A stretch of DNA of 39,398 nucleotides. Source: an uncultured Roseburia sp. (lineage in GTDB: Bacteria > Bacillota > Clostridia > Lachnospirales > Lachnospiraceae). Shown piece after piece: positions 36,345 through 39,398 of this stretch (within the stretch, counting starts at the first letter, position 1; the number at the start of each line of letters is the position of its first letter). Position numbers and translations under genes: made by a program. A model generated the notes under the pieces. The model ran no database searches. It had not been told where the DNA came from and worked only from the letters and a program-made list of their open reading frames with translations. The stretch lies in contig CAYYZV010000001.1 in assembly GCA_964476275.1 (NCBI GenBank), positions 1 through 39,398 on the forward strand. The letters run 5' to 3'.

Positions 36345-38285
36345 TTAACGTGTCAGATATGGGAAAAAGACTTTACTCTGTTCCTCCAAATCAAACATAT
36401 TATTATACTGCAAAATTTGATACTTATTAATCCACTCTGCTTCTTCGCCCTCTGCATCCGCAAGATACTTATATTTTCCGGCAGAAACAGAATAATACCC
36501 CTGCGAATTAATTGCCGGAATATGATCCATCATTTCTGAAAGGAACTGATTATAAGCCGGAAGCGGCAAGCCGGCTCTTTCCAGTGCCAGTGTCGCTAAA
36601 TAATTAATGCTGCTTCTCTCGACTTCGATCTCTTCGGTATCATAATTTGTCCAAATAAAAAATGGAATCGTATATAAATCCTGCAGCTGCTGTAAACTTA
36701 AGCCTGACAGCCCTTTACCATTTAAGCTCTTGTAAAATCTCGACTTCAAACTTGGAAGGTGGTCTCCAAAATACACAATCTCTACCGGTTCTTCCACATT
36801 TTCAAAGTAAGTAATGAATTTCTCCAAAGCTTTATCACTTTCATTCAGCAATGACAAATACTGATTTGCATCTTCATAAGTTCCGCCCAGCACCTGAATA
36901 TTTTCAGTGAAGCTGTCATATTTCTCTGTATAGCCTCCATGATTCTGCATAGAAATACTCATAATAAACAAATCTTCATTTCCTGATTTACTTTCAAACC
37001 GCTCAATAATCTTATTATAATACTCTTCATCCGAAATATATCTGCGGACCATGGCATTCTCATCATAATGCTCCAAAAAGTACATCTCATCAAAACCCAT
37101 ATCCGGATATACCAGATTTCGGCTCCATCCGGTATTATAATACGGATGCATTGCTACACAGGTGTAGCCAAAATTTTTCATTGTTGAAACCAAGGTCGTC
37201 GGTTCCTCGCTGATGTACTGCTGATATACAACCGCACCATCCGGCAGGAATGCCATGGAATTGCCGGACATAAATTCCCACTCAGAGTTCGCTGTTTTCG
37301 CACCATAAACAGAAGATAATGCATAACCTTTTATTGTATTTTCTGTTAATGAATTATAAAATGGTGTCACTTCCTGATTTGTCTGCAAATCACCTACTAC
37401 TGACAAATCTGCATAAGACTCACTCATAATAACAATAACGGTCGGCTTCTCTTCCAATTCTGTATCTGAAACAGGTGAATACTGTGTTTCTAACACCGCC
37501 ACAGCCTCTGCCGAATAGCCTTCCGGCGGCTGTACAAAATAATCTCTGATACTGAGAACAAAGTTCAAGATGTAGCCATTTCGATAGGTTCCCTTCTGTT
37601 CCCAGGTTTCTGTCACAGTATTTGCTGTCTGAACCCCAACATACACACTTCCAATCACTGCTGCACTCACACACACTACTCTCATCAAAAGCTTCTTTTT
37701 CTTGCCTTTAAACGATATGTTACATTTATGCACCAGTGCCGTAAACAATACAGACAGCATAATTACATAAACTGCCCGATTATCAATCGTAAACGTATAG
37801 TTTCCTGCTACACTAAGACCGGTTGCCGCAGAACGGATATCACTAAAAATAAATTCATTTCCACGGAACATAAATATAAAATAATTAACTGCTGCCAAAA
37901 GCATTAATGCCGTATGTGAAATAAAACAGGTTAATCCCACATTGTTTGTAAGTGCCTGTACCCCACTATACAACACCATCGCGCACACAATATTAAGCCA
38001 TAGCTTATCATCTTTGATTTTAGCCCGTAGTTCTGCATCTAACAAAAGATACTGCACCATGTATATTGAAAAAACACTGCTTAAGCCAACTGCTAATGTC
38101 GTCCAAAGCCATGATAATGACTCCTTCCATTCCACTACCAGCCATTTTATGCCTGTATATGCTGCTAAAAATCCTACTAACGCCACCCACGAAAAACTCA
38201 TCTGGGTGTATAACACCACGGACAATACCGCCATGATGATTATCCAATAAATATCTTCCTTTTCAAACTTTAATCTAACTTTCAT
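36345..38285 (-). CDS. LTA synthase family (sulfatase-like) membrane protein
   Basis: N-terminal TMs; IMSESY, KTANSEWE (catalytic Thr), MQNHG, FGDHLP. Confidence 0.88.
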   Translation of the reverse strand: MKVRLKFEKEDIYWIIIMAVLSVVLYTQMSFSWVALVGFLAAYTGIKWLVVEWKESLSWLWTTLAVGLSSVFSIYMVQYLLLDAELRAKIKDDKLWLNIVCAMVLYSGVQALTNNVGLTCFISHTALMLLAAVNYFIFMFRGNEFIFSDIRSAATGLSVAGNYTFTIDNRAVYVIMLSVLFTALVHKCNISFKGKKKKLLMRVVCVSAAVIGSVYVGVQTANTVTETWEQKGTYRNGYILNFVLSIRDYFVQPPEGYSAEAVAVLETQYSPVSDTELEEKPTVIVIMSESYADLSVVGDLQTNQEVTPFYNSLTENTIKGYALSSVYGAKTANSEWEFMSGNSMAFLPDGAVVYQQYISEEPTTLVSTMKNFGYTCVAMHPYYNTGWSRNLVYPDMGFDEMYFLEHYDENAMVRRYISDEEYYNKIIERFESKSGNEDLFIMSISMQNHGGYTEKYDSFTENIQVLGGTYEDANQYLSLLNESDKALEKFITYFENVEEPVEIVYFGDHLPSLKSRFYKSLNGKGLSGLSLQQLQDLYTIPFFIWTNYDTEEIEVERSSINYLATLALERAGLPLPAYNQFLSEMMDHIPAINSQGYYSVSAGKYKYLADAEGEEAEWINKYQILQYNNMFDLEEQSKVFFPYLTR

Positions 38286-38288
38286 CTC

Positions 38289-39227
38289 TTATCTATTTTC
38301 CAAAAATTCCTGTATCTGTCCTTCAATAGTCTTCATCAATCGGGTTCTTGCTTCCACACTTGCCCATGCAATATGCGGTGTAATAATCAAACGATTACTG
38401 TCTTTTATTTTAAGCAGCGGATTTTCTCTGCTCATCGGCTCTACAGCCAACACATCCAATCCTGCCGCCGCAATCTGTCCAGTATCTAAAGCTTCTGCCA
38501 AATCAGCCTCAACGACAATCGGTCCTCTGCCAAGATTTAAGAAAATTGCTGTTTCCTTCATCTTCGCAAATGCCTCTTTATTCATAAGTCCCTGTGTATT
38601 CCCATCTAACGGCGCATGTACAGATACAATGTCTGATTCTGCCAGTAAAGTATCCAAATCCACTCTCTCATATCCAGACTGGTCATTCCTTCCGGAAGTT
38701 GAATAATAAATCACTTTACAGCCAAACACTTTTGCAATATCTGCCACTCTTCGTCCAATATTGCCCAGACCAATAATTCCCCATGTTTTTCCACAAAGTT
38801 CATGGAACACATTTTCAAAATGTGTAAATATCGTATCCTCTACATAACGTTCTGACTTTACATAATTATCATAGTATGCCAGCTTCTCCAACAGGAAAAA
38901 CAACAGTCCAAACGTATGCTGGGCAACGGATTCTGTAGAATATCCTGCCACATTCCGCCATGCAATTCCTCTGGCCGCCAGATATTCTTTATCCAGATTA
39001 TTTGTCCCTGTTGCTGTTACGCATACCAGCTTTAAATGCTCTGCTTCACCAATAGACTGTTCGTTAATCTGAACCTTATTGAGAATAATCACATCAGCGT
39101 CTCTTGTACGCTCTCTGGCTTCCTCTACAGAAGAGAAGCCATACTTCACCACCTCACCAAACCGCTCATAACCGGATAAATCAATATCCTCTCCGATGGT
39201 TTTCACATCCAAAAAAACAATTTTCAT
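38289..39227 (-). CDS. D-2-hydroxyacid dehydrogenase (glycerate dehydrogenase-like)
   Basis: ATGTNNLD, GLGNIG, HAPL, NLGRG, GLDV..EP, TPHIAW; start MKIVFLD at 39227. Confidence 0.92.
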   Translation of the reverse strand: MKIVFLDVKTIGEDIDLSGYERFGEVVKYGFSSVEEARERTRDADVIILNKVQINEQSIGEAEHLKLVCVTATGTNNLDKEYLAARGIAWRNVAGYSTESVAQHTFGLLFFLLEKLAYYDNYVKSERYVEDTIFTHFENVFHELCGKTWGIIGLGNIGRRVADIAKVFGCKVIYYSTSGRNDQSGYERVDLDTLLAESDIVSVHAPLDGNTQGLMNKEAFAKMKETAIFLNLGRGPIVVEADLAEALDTGQIAAAGLDVLAVEPMSRENPLLKIKDSNRLIITPHIAWASVEARTRLMKTIEGQIQEFLENR

Positions 39228-39278
39228 CTCCCTAACTCCTGTCATTTTATACCACAGAATCGGTTTTTCACACTTTAC

Positions 39279-39307
39279 ATTATACCATTCAAAAAAAATA
39301 TCGTCTA
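39279..39307 (-). promoter_or_regulatory. Sigma-A promoter
   Basis: TAGACG-17-TATAAT with TG extension. Confidence 0.6.
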
Positions 39308-39390
39308 CTACTGTATTTCTTAATATTATAAAGTTTTTTATACATTATGCCGAAAAATATGATATAACTATTCAACGAAAGGGGATTATT

Positions 39391-39398
39391 ATGGCAGC
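39391..39398 (+). CDS. Probable start of a divergent gene, truncated by the window edge
   Basis: AAAGGGG RBS followed by ATG GCA GC; too short to identify. Confidence 0.35.

Noticed and set aside
5359..39245. N-terminal extensions in the ORF track (starts at 5442, 13221, 16099, 17532, 24214, 26282, 29015, 34012, 39245)
   Set aside because: They run through promoters, terminators or neighbouring genes; downstream ATGs fit the RBS and/or the family N-terminus better

Overview
Chromosomal, AT-rich window from a spore-forming Firmicute. Gene content, spoVT and the RBS/promoter style point to Lachnospiraceae (inference). Almost all genes are on the minus strand. In order: two tandem glutamate dehydrogenases (one NAD-type, truncated by the window edge; one NADP-type); a DUF4321-like protein; a stand-alone FabT-like MarR regulator with its palindromic operator; three small proteins, one missing from the ORF track; an AT-rich gap holding a LexA-box promoter and a structured orphan small RNA; an ~10.5 kb metal/iron block (TM-HMA protein, heterodimeric ABC exporter, EamA transporter, CeuE/YclQ-type siderophore ABC importer, AraC regulator) marked by four GTTAG-N6-CTAAC operators; a secreted acidic protein; a MATE transporter; a phosphorelay operon (HPt-REC-HD-GYP, hybrid kinase, double-REC protein) with a duplicated HPt module; glucokinase; class A PBP; YhaN/YhaO-like ATPase and nuclease; spoVT; D-lyxose isomerase; SDR epimerase; a MITE-like element; NCS2 permease; a second HD-GYP protein; a polar amino acid ABC transporter; an LTA synthase family protein; and a D-2-hydroxyacid dehydrogenase. 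I saw no CRISPR array, tRNA, rRNA, transposase or phage gene. Family calls rest on recognised motifs, not on database searches.
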